Below are positions 18,953-27,289 of a DNA stretch of 64,000 bases, piece after piece. Position 1 is the stretch's first letter, and every line of letters starts with the position of its first letter. The notes beneath the pieces are model-generated. The model was not told the DNA's origin, did not search any database, and was given only the letters and a program-made list of their open reading frames with translations. Origin of the DNA: a bacterium BMS3Bbin05 (GTDB taxonomy: Bacteria; Nitrospirota; Thermodesulfovibrionia; Thermodesulfovibrionales; BMS3Bbin05); contig BDTO01000080.1 in the NCBI GenBank assembly GCA_002897855.1, positions 5,623 to 69,622 of the forward strand, read 5' to 3'. Made by a program: the position numbers and the translations under genes.

Positions 18953-20599
18953 TTACTGTTTTGTTCCGAGTCCGCCCACGACGAGAGTGAAATATTTTCC
19001 GCCTGCAATATCATTGACCGAGGAAACATTCCATATTCTCACTGGTGAAGATTTGGCAGGCTGATCTTTCAGGTCCTTTCCCCAAATCCATATTGTTCCA
19101 TCTTTCATGAGTGCCATGGAATGATACATGCCGGCGGCAACTTTTCTGATGTTTCCTACGCCACCAACCTCGGAGGGGAGGGAGCCGGCATCATCTTTCC
19201 TGCCAAGCTGGCTGTATTTATTGCCGCCCCATGCCCATACATGTCCGTCTTTCTTCAGCGCAAGGCTGTGATTGAGCCCGGCGGCTATATCAATAATTCC
19301 GGAAAGTTTTTTAACCTTTACGGGTATAAGCCTGTTTACGTTTGTACCGTCACCAAGCAGTCCATTGATGTTCCATCCCCATGCCCGGACAGTTCCGTCT
19401 GAAGCCAGTGCCAAAGTATAATGAAGCCCTGCAGCGACATTTATTATTTTCGGAAGTCCGGTTACGATGACAGGTTCGGTTCTGGTTTTCGTAGTATTGT
19501 CGCCGATCTGGCCGAAAAGGTTCCATCCCCAGGTCCAGACAGTTCCATCGGAGCGTACTGCTGCACTATGATATGTACCGGCGGCAATAGCGGTTATGTT
19601 GGACAATCCTTTAACCTTTACGGGTATATTGCTGTCCCGTATGGAGCCATTCCCCAGCTGGCCGTAAGAATTTCTTCCCCATGCCCAGACAGTACCATCT
19701 GCGCGCAGGGCAAGTGTATGGTACTTGCCTGCCGCAACGTCGGTAACCTTGTAAAGTTCCTTGACCAGTACAGGGATGTGACTGTCCTCCAATGTGCCGT
19801 TACCCAGTTGACCCATGTTGTTTCTGCCCCATGCCCATACGGAACCATCAGACTTGATTGCAACAGAATAGTCCATTCCGGAAGCAACTTTTATGACATC
19901 TTCCATGCCGCCTATCGGCAGAAGTCCATCCCTGCTATTTGTAGTTCCATCACCAAGCTGGCCGTATTCATTAAGGCCCTCTGTCATTATGGCGCCTGCA
20001 ACCGCTTTCTGGGGCATCCAGCTTGAACGTACGGGCCAGAGAAATTTGTAACTGCAGGCCGACATATAATCTATGGTCATTTCGCCGGAAGACATATCAA
20101 GTATCCACACATAATCAATTATATCCCTGCCTGTAGATGACGACCAGTAGAAATGGTTTTGGATATCCACAAACGGATTATTCACCGGAAGAGCAGGATA
20201 GAATTTTGTCCTATCCACCAGTGATTGCAATTCATTGATGGCAGGCATTCGCCAGTCCGTGTACCCGAAATTCGGTCTTTTGCCATAGTTCATTTCACGG
20301 ATATAAAGTTTTGCTCCCTCCCATGTTATGGGAAGTTTACGAATATCGGCATCTTTAAGCCATACAAGACCGGTATCGCTGTCTGTGACGGTTCCATCAC
20401 CGTTATCTGCAAAACGGCCTGCCTGGAATATCGAGGAAACATTACGAGAAGGAACGTTTTCTTTCCCTGCTGTCCTCTTGAGAGATTTAACTTTTCTGTG
20501 CGGGGAAGATGCCGGCCTTTTACTGACAGATGAAGCCTCTGCTGAAAAACCTTGTGAGAAAGAGAAAACGATCACTAATATAAAACAGATAATGCGCAT
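18953..20599 (-). CDS. secreted protein: DUF1566 (Lcl C-terminal-like) domain + seven RCC1-type beta-propeller repeats
   Basis: 548 aa with a signal peptide (MRIICFILVIVFSFSQGFSAEA). DNGDGTVTDSDTGLVWLKDA...WRMPAINELQSL is DUF1566-like. This is followed by repeated W(A/T)WG.N.(Y/F)GQLG(D/N)G blades. Confidence 0.8.
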   Translation of the reverse strand: MRIICFILVIVFSFSQGFSAEASSVSKRPASSPHRKVKSLKRTAGKENVPSRNVSSIFQAGRFADNGDGTVTDSDTGLVWLKDADIRKLPITWEGAKLYIREMNYGKRPNFGYTDWRMPAINELQSLVDRTKFYPALPVNNPFVDIQNHFYWSSSTGRDIIDYVWILDMSSGEMTIDYMSACSYKFLWPVRSSWMPQKAVAGAIMTEGLNEYGQLGDGTTNSRDGLLPIGGMEDVIKVASGMDYSVAIKSDGSVWAWGRNNMGQLGNGTLEDSHIPVLVKELYKVTDVAAGKYHTLALRADGTVWAWGRNSYGQLGNGSIRDSNIPVKVKGLSNITAIAAGTYHSAAVRSDGTVWTWGWNLFGQIGDNTTKTRTEPVIVTGLPKIINVAAGLHYTLALASDGTVRAWGWNINGLLGDGTNVNRLIPVKVKKLSGIIDIAAGLNHSLALKKDGHVWAWGGNKYSQLGRKDDAGSLPSEVGGVGNIRKVAAGMYHSMALMKDGTIWIWGKDLKDQPAKSSPVRIWNVSSVNDIAGGKYFTLVVGGLGTKQ

Positions 20600-20847
20600 G
20601 GTACCCTTTTTTTACATTAATTATGTATTTGTGAGCATTTTGCCTGTCAAAAAATAAAGTTAAGAGAACTTTCTATTTTAATTTAATGATAATATCGATA
20701 TCAAGCACTTATACTAAAAAATTTGAGATTATCTTTACAATTGTTTTATATAACTTTATAATATAACAATTTGTAAGATTTGTGAAATACCGAAATATCT
20801 CGGGTAGTTCTATCTATTATGAGAAAAATAAATTACAGGGAGTTCCT

Positions 20848-22278
20848 ATGTCTGCAAAAATGAGAATGATGCCGGTTTTGACGTTCCTTTTACTGTTGGC
20901 AGGAGTTGCGACTGTATTGGCCGCTGACTTCAATGAGGATTTTGCGTTTAAGATATCCCTCGAGAACCATCTCGAGAGAAGACTTAAACAGATGATTACA
21001 GAGATTACAGGCAATGACAGGGGCGTGGTTATAGTTAACGCAGACATAGGTTCGGTCAGGAGTGGTGATTTAAGCAGGGGCCGTATAACAAAAAAGAAAA
21101 GCCGGGACGCCCTTATTCTTCCGGGAGTGCCTGTAAAAAAGCAATTTGGGACGGGTTTGTCGGAAACAGCCGAGCTTCTCTTCCCTGGAGCAGGGGGGAG
21201 TAAATATAAGGTTAATAAAATAGTGCTTGCGATCTGGCTGGACAGGGGTATTTCGGAACCCGTGGTTGCACTTGTCCGGGACCTTGCAAAGCAGGTCATA
21301 GGGTTCAACGAGAAAAGAGGGGACAAAGTGAACATCCAGTTGATTGATTTTAAGAGAAATAAATTCTACTGGAAATCGGTATTCTATCCTGAAAACCTTT
21401 ACCTTATAATTCTGGGATTAATAGCAGCCATATTTCTTTTGACAGCTTCATTGTTTCTCAGGGACCCGTTCAGCAAGCTTTCCAGCGCTCTCAATAACAT
21501 TGATTGGGATCATCTGAGGGGTACTTCCGGTACTGGAGAGATGTTGAGAGCCGGTTCGGAGATGCAAAACTCCACGTTGGCGCATGAGCCGTCTGAGGAA
21601 TTGGAGCAGGTGAAGGCCGGGGAATCCCCGCCTTTTTCCTTTGTCAGTGAAAAAGACCTGCCCAGCCTCCTGTTCCTGTTAAAGAACATGCCTGCTGAAG
21701 ATATAGCTACCGTGGCGAACTACCTTGATGCAGCCCTGGCAACCAGACTGCTTGAATCTTTCTCTCCTGAAATTCAGTCCGGGATAGCGATATACCTGAG
21801 TAGTGAAAAGATCGACCCCGAAAAGGTCCGCAGTCTTGAAAACACGTTGAAGGAGCAGATCAGTTATGTAATCGGAGGGGAAAGAAAACTCGTATCTATT
21901 CTTCGCATGGCCAGTGAAGAAGTAAAAGACAGGGCCATAGGTGTTCTCGAGAAAAGGGACAGGGATAGTGCAGAAAATCTGAAAAAGAAAGTAAAAGGAT
22001 TTGAAGAGACGATCAGGGACCTGCCTTCGCAGGGAATACAGGTTATTTACCGGAGGACAAACCCTGTGCTGTTTGCCCAGATTCTGAAAGCTTCATCAGA
22101 AGATGTCAGAAAGAAGGTGATGGATTCGATTAGCGAAGGGGCAGCGGAAAGGCTTAAACAGGAAATAGAGCTTAGCCCCCCTCTTTTACCAAGGAGGCTG
22201 CAGAGGGAGAAAGTTAACCTGATGATTATGGTTAATCGTTTTATAGACGAAGGAATAATAGAAGGAGTCAACGGCTGA
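20848..22278 (+). CDS. bitopic/biTM protein fusing a FliF/SctJ-type periplasmic ring-building motif to FliG-like middle and C-terminal (torque) domains
   Basis: The track ORF starts at GTG 20782; the ATG at 20848 with an AGGGAG SD is preferred (476 aa). Order of segments: signal/anchor helix; RBM-like LENHLERRLKQMITEITGNDRGVVIVNADIG...KIVLAIWLDRGISEPVVALVRDLAKQVIGFNEKRGDKVNIQLIDF; TM helix LYLIILGLIAAIFLLTASLFL; then FliG_M-like (NMPAEDIATVANYLDAALATRLLESFSPEIQ) and FliG_C-like (GFEETIRDLPSQGIQVIYRRT..FAQILKASSEDVRKKVMDSISEGAAERLKQEIE...FIDEGII) segments. The domain calls are by eye. Confidence 0.65.
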   Translation: MSAKMRMMPVLTFLLLLAGVATVLAADFNEDFAFKISLENHLERRLKQMITEITGNDRGVVIVNADIGSVRSGDLSRGRITKKKSRDALILPGVPVKKQFGTGLSETAELLFPGAGGSKYKVNKIVLAIWLDRGISEPVVALVRDLAKQVIGFNEKRGDKVNIQLIDFKRNKFYWKSVFYPENLYLIILGLIAAIFLLTASLFLRDPFSKLSSALNNIDWDHLRGTSGTGEMLRAGSEMQNSTLAHEPSEELEQVKAGESPPFSFVSEKDLPSLLFLLKNMPAEDIATVANYLDAALATRLLESFSPEIQSGIAIYLSSEKIDPEKVRSLENTLKEQISYVIGGERKLVSILRMASEEVKDRAIGVLEKRDRDSAENLKKKVKGFEETIRDLPSQGIQVIYRRTNPVLFAQILKASSEDVRKKVMDSISEGAAERLKQEIELSPPLLPRRLQREKVNLMIMVNRFIDEGIIEGVNG

Positions 22279-22280
22279 TT

Positions 22281-23057
22281 ATGGATTTTATGACGCTTAT
22301 AGGTTTGCTGCTCGGGGGGTTAACTGTATATTTCGTTATGGTGTCAGGCCACATCCTTCACATGCTGTTTAATCCGATTGCTGCACTGCTCGTTTTTGGG
22401 GGAACATTCAGTGCTACCCTGATTGCCTATCCATGGGATCTCATTAAACAGACGGTTCCATCTTTCAGGCTCATGTTTTTCCCTAAAAAAAATACTTATG
22501 GACACCTGGGGAACCTTGTGGAAATACTCACATCACTCTCTGAAAAAGCCCGCAGGCAAAGTATCGAGAGTCTCCAGAGTGATCTCGGCAGGATAGATGA
22601 CAGGTTCTTTTCTCACAGTATGCAGATGGTAATCGACGGTCTTGAGACTGACGTGGTAAAGGAGAACATGCAGAGAGAGATTCTCTATTCAAGGCAGAGT
22701 TTCCAGAAAGTCTGCGGTGTTTTCAGAACTATGGCTACACTTGCTCCGATTTTTGGTCTGCTGGGCACACTGATAGGTGTTGTTGAAGTCCTCCGGAACC
22801 TTTCAGACCCTGCAACAATGGGAAGCGGTATGGCGATTGCCATAACAACGACATTTTATGGTATCTTTGCGGCCAACTTTTTGTTTCTTCCCATTGCCAT
22901 CAAGCTCAACGAACACAGCGAAAGAGATGTATTGATCAAGGAACTGATTGCTGAAGGGATTAGTGCAATTCAGGGTGGAGACCTGCCTCTGATTGTCAGG
23001 AAAAAACTCAATGCATTTCTCTCGTCCAATATAAAGGAAAAAAACGAAGGCAGGTAA
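22281..23057 (+). CDS. motA: MotA/PomA-type stator channel subunit
   Basis: 258 aa with a 4-TM layout. Conserved TM3-TM4 core LAPIFGLLGTLIGVVEVL...GMAIAITTTFYGIFAANFLFLPIAIKL. Starts 2 nt after the upstream stop. Confidence 0.85.
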   Translation: MDFMTLIGLLLGGLTVYFVMVSGHILHMLFNPIAALLVFGGTFSATLIAYPWDLIKQTVPSFRLMFFPKKNTYGHLGNLVEILTSLSEKARRQSIESLQSDLGRIDDRFFSHSMQMVIDGLETDVVKENMQREILYSRQSFQKVCGVFRTMATLAPIFGLLGTLIGVVEVLRNLSDPATMGSGMAIAITTTFYGIFAANFLFLPIAIKLNEHSERDVLIKELIAEGISAIQGGDLPLIVRKKLNAFLSSNIKEKNEGR

Positions 23058-23059
23058 AA

Positions 23060-23740
23060 ATGATAAAACGTTTTTTTCTTCTCAGAAACAGAAGGGAAAC
23101 AAGTCCTCTCTGGCTCATCATATTCTCCGACATGACAACCAATCTCATGCTTTTTTTTCTGATACTCTTTGCAATGACCAGGATGACAGCGACCGGCAAG
23201 GAATTGATGATTGAAGGAATGGGAAATGCAGTCAGTGACGAATTGAGGCAGGTCCAGCTTAAGGGTGAAAAGCTTCTCAAACAGATTAAGGACGAAGAAG
23301 CTATAAATAACCTGAGAAATGTGCTTATGCATGGAAAACTGGCCGGCTATACGAAGATGACGGTTGATGAAGACAGGGTAAATATAACACTTAATCCGCC
23401 GCACTTTTTTGCGACCGGCAGTGCCGAGCTGAACCCGGATATTCTAACCGAGCTCGAAAGCCTTGTTGATCCGCTGAAGAGATTTCCCAATGATATAGTA
23501 ATAGAGGGGCATACGGACAATGTTCCGGTAGCCAGCGGTAAATACCGGTCAAACTGGGAACTTTCGATAGCGCGTGCCGTAAGTGTCATAAATTTTTTAA
23601 CGGAAAAAGGATTAAACCCAAAGCAACTCATAACAGCGGGCTATGGCAAATATCACCCTGCATATCCCAATGATACCGAAGAACACCGTGCGCGTAACCG
23701 CCGGATAGAAATTACAATAATAAGGAAACAGAGGTTGTAG
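23060..23740 (+). CDS. motB: MotB-type stator subunit (TM with conserved Asp + OmpA-like peptidoglycan-binding domain)
   Basis: 226 aa. The PLWLIIFSDMTTNLMLFFLILF TM helix carries the MotB Asp. The OmpA-like C-terminus reads GHTDNVP...SNWELSIARA...GYG...P...NRRIEITI. Confidence 0.85.
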   Translation: MIKRFFLLRNRRETSPLWLIIFSDMTTNLMLFFLILFAMTRMTATGKELMIEGMGNAVSDELRQVQLKGEKLLKQIKDEEAINNLRNVLMHGKLAGYTKMTVDEDRVNITLNPPHFFATGSAELNPDILTELESLVDPLKRFPNDIVIEGHTDNVPVASGKYRSNWELSIARAVSVINFLTEKGLNPKQLITAGYGKYHPAYPNDTEEHRARNRRIEITIIRKQRL

Positions 23741-23745
23741 AGACG

Positions 23746-24396
23746 GTGGACTCCATTCAGAAAATGATTTCAAACCTGAAAGACAACGAAGTGGATAGTT
23801 CGCTTTGGATGGTTCCATATAGCACACTTATGCTGATTTTGATGATATTATTTGCAGTTCTCTATGGTATGTCATACATGCAATCAGTTGAATATGAGTC
23901 TGCCATTTCAGAGCTTGACACGGCAAATCCGGGACTGAAAAAGGAGATAATACTGGCCAAGGCCATGCAGAAATATATTGAAGATCATAATTTGACCGGT
24001 CAGGCCGAGGTAAGGGTATCGGCCCGGTTCATAAAAATGGATCTCAAGAGCCCTGCACTGTTTGAAACCGGGAGAGCCAAACTGAAACCGGCCATACTGC
24101 CCCTCTTTGAAGAACTGGCTAAGAACCTGCAGAGGGTGGATAACCGTGTTATTGTGGAAGGCCACACGGACGATGTCCCTATACATAACAGACACTATAA
24201 TTCCAATTGGGAACTTTCGGCAGCCAGGGCGTTCAATGTAATATATTTCCTTATAAAAAGAAATATTGATCCTGCACGTCTGATTGCCCTCGGCTTCGGC
24301 GAATACAGGCCGGCATTCCCGAACAACACCGAAGAAAACCGTGCAAAGAATCGCAGAATAGATATCACGATCATCCGGGAAGGTAAAACTGCATGA
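23746..24396 (+). CDS. MotB paralog lacking the conserved channel Asp (OmpA-like C-terminal domain intact)
   Basis: 216 aa with a GTG start. The TM helix LWMVPYSTLMLILMILFAVLY aligns to WLIIFSDMTTNLMLFF of the upstream paralog with Thr in place of Asp. The OmpA-like region reads GHTDDVP..SNWELSAARA..GFG..RP..NRRIDITI. Confidence 0.75.
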   Translation: MDSIQKMISNLKDNEVDSSLWMVPYSTLMLILMILFAVLYGMSYMQSVEYESAISELDTANPGLKKEIILAKAMQKYIEDHNLTGQAEVRVSARFIKMDLKSPALFETGRAKLKPAILPLFEELAKNLQRVDNRVIVEGHTDDVPIHNRHYNSNWELSAARAFNVIYFLIKRNIDPARLIALGFGEYRPAFPNNTEENRAKNRRIDITIIREGKTA

Positions 24397-25694
24397 AGAG
24401 TGCCATATCTGTTTTCATGATGATATTCCTGTTGACTTCGGTTTCTGTTGAGGCGATATCGCAAAAACAGCTTGAGAGGGTCGAAGAACTCAAGAAGGAA
24501 GCAGTTGAATTGCTCAGACATAAGGAATTCGACAAGGCCGTGCCGGTGCTGAACGAGATACTCTCAATAGACCCGTTTGAGAAGACAGCTAAACGGTATC
24601 TCATGCTTGCCAGACAGCAGTCGATGGAGCCTTTCTGCAAGGAAGCGGCGACGGCTTTCATGCATGACGATTACGCGAGGGCAATTGATATATGGGAAAA
24701 AATTCTCCGGATGAATCCTGATGATTACAGATTTTCCAGGCTGATTGAGATTACAAAGAATCTTATTTCGGACAAGGCAATAAATGATATGTATGTACAT
24801 GCCGATGAATTTCTTAAGAAGGGAGACAAGAAATCCGCCATCAATGAACTTGAGAAAATTCTTTTCGTCAAACCATCTGAAAGACGAGCAAGGGAAATGC
24901 TGGCAACTGCCAGGCAGTCTACATCGGACATCAGGACAAAAAAGCATTATAAACGGGCTGAGAAATATATGAAACAGAAAAAGTATGATCTTGCCATTGA
25001 GGAATGGAATAAGATACTCGAAATAGACGAAACCCAGCAGGAGGCCAAACGATTCATTGCGTCCGCCATAAGGGCGAAACTGAAGGTCCAGTATGCCAGG
25101 GCCAGACGTCTCTATGAGAAAGGAGACTATCTTTCCGCGCGTGATCATTATTACAAGATAATGGTTGACAACCCCACGGATACGAATGTGAAAAGCATAA
25201 TATCGAATCTTGACGAAACGGTCAAGATCGTGAGCAGGCTTAGCCGGAAGGGCAAGACATTTGATATGATGAGAATGGCGCTGAAAAATCATATCGCTGC
25301 GGAAGGAAACAGGAAGGCGGCAATTGTAGCTGCATGGTATGCGGTTCAGCTTGACCCGATGAACAGTACCGCTCTTGCGATAAAGAATTTCCTGGAACAC
25401 AAGTATGTTGCTATTCTTAATACCCTGGAACCTCCCATTGGAGATATGAATATTATTGATCAGTACCTGTTTGCGGCGCTTAACAATATATATGAGGGAC
25501 GTTATGACCGTGCGATCGAGGAATCCACTATTGTTATCGAACTTCAGTCCGATAATGTCCTTGCATGGAAGAGACTTGGTTCAGCATATTTTGCGTTGGG
25601 CAGGAAGGACAAGGCACGCAAGGCATGGAAAAAAGCGCTGAAATTGGCGCCTGACGATGCCGAGCTTAAGAGGTTTATCAGACAAACTAAATAA
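24393..25694 (+). CDS. secreted TPR-repeat protein
   Basis: 433 aa with a signal peptide (MKSAISVFMMIFLLTSVSVEA). Multiple TPR-like units (..Y..A...Y.K.L..DP.. / AWKRLGSAYFALGRKDKARKAWKKALKLAPDD). ATGA overlap with the upstream gene. Confidence 0.75.
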   Translation: MKSAISVFMMIFLLTSVSVEAISQKQLERVEELKKEAVELLRHKEFDKAVPVLNEILSIDPFEKTAKRYLMLARQQSMEPFCKEAATAFMHDDYARAIDIWEKILRMNPDDYRFSRLIEITKNLISDKAINDMYVHADEFLKKGDKKSAINELEKILFVKPSERRAREMLATARQSTSDIRTKKHYKRAEKYMKQKKYDLAIEEWNKILEIDETQQEAKRFIASAIRAKLKVQYARARRLYEKGDYLSARDHYYKIMVDNPTDTNVKSIISNLDETVKIVSRLSRKGKTFDMMRMALKNHIAAEGNRKAAIVAAWYAVQLDPMNSTALAIKNFLEHKYVAILNTLEPPIGDMNIIDQYLFAALNNIYEGRYDRAIEESTIVIELQSDNVLAWKRLGSAYFALGRKDKARKAWKKALKLAPDDAELKRFIRQTK

Positions 25695-25746
25695 ATGGAA
25701 GGATTATATTTGGGATTTACTTTATTAATCATGATGGGGTGAATCG

Positions 25747-27204
25747 ATGTTTAAGGCAATGTTAAAAAAAATATTATTTATTCTTATAATTATTGCCTGT
25801 CAGATGCTGATTGGTTCCGTAATTTCCGTCAATTCTGTTTATGCACAGGAAAAAGAATGCCTCAAATGTCATAAGGCGATGACAAAAGGCAAGGTTGTTC
25901 ATGGCGCCCTCCAAAAAGGATGTTCTTCATGCCACCAGTCACCGCACGCGGGAGGCAAACCCGTTCTTTCATTGATATCCGAACAGCCCGGTCTTTGTTA
26001 TAAATGCCACAGCCGCGGGATATTTCTGAGACAACACCAGCATGCCCCGGTAGCTGACGGGAAATGTACGGCATGTCACAACCCTCACTCTTCAAACAAT
26101 GCCGGACTTCTGAAGATAAAACTTACAGACATATGTTTCAGTTGTCATGATAAAAAGATAATCGAAAAAAACTATGTCCATTTTCCTGCCGCGGCAGGAC
26201 TTTGCATATTCTGTCATGATCCTCACAGCTCGGATTACAATGATAAGCTGTATACTTATGATAAGACCGAGCTCTGCCTGCAATGCCACGACAAGGCCGC
26301 ATTGGTTGCGGGGTCATCAGTGCATCAGCCTATAATTGTGGGTGACTGTACTTCATGTCACAATCCACACGGGGCAGATAACAAAAACCTTCTTGTTGAG
26401 AAGATACCCGAATTATGTTTCAGATGCCATGATAGCAGGAATTTTATGAAAGGCATGCTCCATAAACCGGTTGGGCTTGGAAAATGTCTTTCATGCCATC
26501 AGCCGCATAAGTCGGAGTATGACAAACTCCTGATTGCAAAGGAGCCTGAACTGTGTTTCAGGTGTCATGACAAAGCGTCATATATGGGAGATAAGAATAT
26601 TCACAGGCCGGTTGCATCGGGTAGATGTTCTACCTGTCATAAGCCTCATACTTCGAAGTCCAAAAACATGCTTGACGGGGCTGTAGCCGACCTCTGTTTT
26701 AAGTGCCACATGTCACAGGAATTTATGCAGAGGTTTAAACATGGGCCCTTTAAAATTGGTATGTGTAGTGCTTGTCACAACGCACATCAGAGTGAAAACA
26801 ATGAGCTGTTGATCGACAAAGTGCCGGGACTCTGTTTTAATTGTCATAATATTGAAGCATTCAGTCGCCGTAAGATACACAAGCCTGTTGCAGAGGGCAG
26901 ATGCTTTGAATGTCATGATATTCATACCTCTCCTTCCAGGGGATTACTGAAGGCCGAGCCGGACGAAATATGCAGAAAATGTCATAAGAATCTATTTAAG
27001 AGACCACATCCAATTACTAAATTGCCGGGAAAAACTGAAGGACCAAACCAGGGGCACCCGCTTGCAGGAGTTGAAAATCCGAGAAGACCCGGTAACATGA
27101 TGTCGTGCGTGAGTTGCCATGACCCCCACAGCTCCGACTGGGGTAGCCTGTTCCGCTATAAAACAGAAAAACCTGAAGACCTCTGTGGCTACTGTCACAG
27201 ATGA
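25747..27204 (+). CDS. periplasmic multihaem c-type cytochrome, 19 CxxCH motifs (nine di-haem repeat modules + one)
   Basis: 485 aa with a signal peptide ending VYAQE. I counted 19 CxxCH motifs, organised as alternating LC(F/Y)xCH and H.P(V/I)..G.CxxCH.PH units. Confidence 0.9.
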   Translation: MFKAMLKKILFILIIIACQMLIGSVISVNSVYAQEKECLKCHKAMTKGKVVHGALQKGCSSCHQSPHAGGKPVLSLISEQPGLCYKCHSRGIFLRQHQHAPVADGKCTACHNPHSSNNAGLLKIKLTDICFSCHDKKIIEKNYVHFPAAAGLCIFCHDPHSSDYNDKLYTYDKTELCLQCHDKAALVAGSSVHQPIIVGDCTSCHNPHGADNKNLLVEKIPELCFRCHDSRNFMKGMLHKPVGLGKCLSCHQPHKSEYDKLLIAKEPELCFRCHDKASYMGDKNIHRPVASGRCSTCHKPHTSKSKNMLDGAVADLCFKCHMSQEFMQRFKHGPFKIGMCSACHNAHQSENNELLIDKVPGLCFNCHNIEAFSRRKIHKPVAEGRCFECHDIHTSPSRGLLKAEPDEICRKCHKNLFKRPHPITKLPGKTEGPNQGHPLAGVENPRRPGNMMSCVSCHDPHSSDWGSLFRYKTEKPEDLCGYCHR

Positions 27205-27289
27205 AAAGGATGAGATTATCTACTTGGCAGAATTGACTTAATAAAAGGTTTTTTTTAAAATTTAACATCTTATCAGGGAGGTATATATT

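Noticed and set aside
19421-20026. 201-aa + strand ORF
   Set aside because: It is antisense to the RCC1-repeat gene. Its apparent internal periodicity merely mirrors the sense-strand repeats.
20640-20720. Flagellar sigma28 or sigma54 promoter upstream of the rotor-stator operon
   Set aside because: TAAAGTTA at about 20657 resembles the sigma28 -35 element, but the -10 position (tattttaa) matches GCCGATAA at only 3 of 8 bases. tgagcattttgcc lacks the GG and has the wrong spacing for sigma54. Neither is supportable.
22281-24396. MotAB pair as a Zorya-type anti-phage system or as Tol-Pal/ExbBD
   Set aside because: The A subunit is 258 aa with the 4-TM MotA/PomA layout and no long ZorA-like tail. 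There are no ZorC/ZorD-like, TonB/TolA-like or TolB genes. The B subunits carry OmpA-like domains as in flagellar stators, and the FliG-like partner points to a rotor-type interface.
24564-25400. 278-aa minus-strand ORF
   Set aside because: It lies entirely antisense to the TPR gene, which has a signal peptide, clear repeats and translational coupling to its neighbour. There is no recognisable motif, and the long open antisense frame fits the AT-rich, Lys/Glu-rich sense codons.
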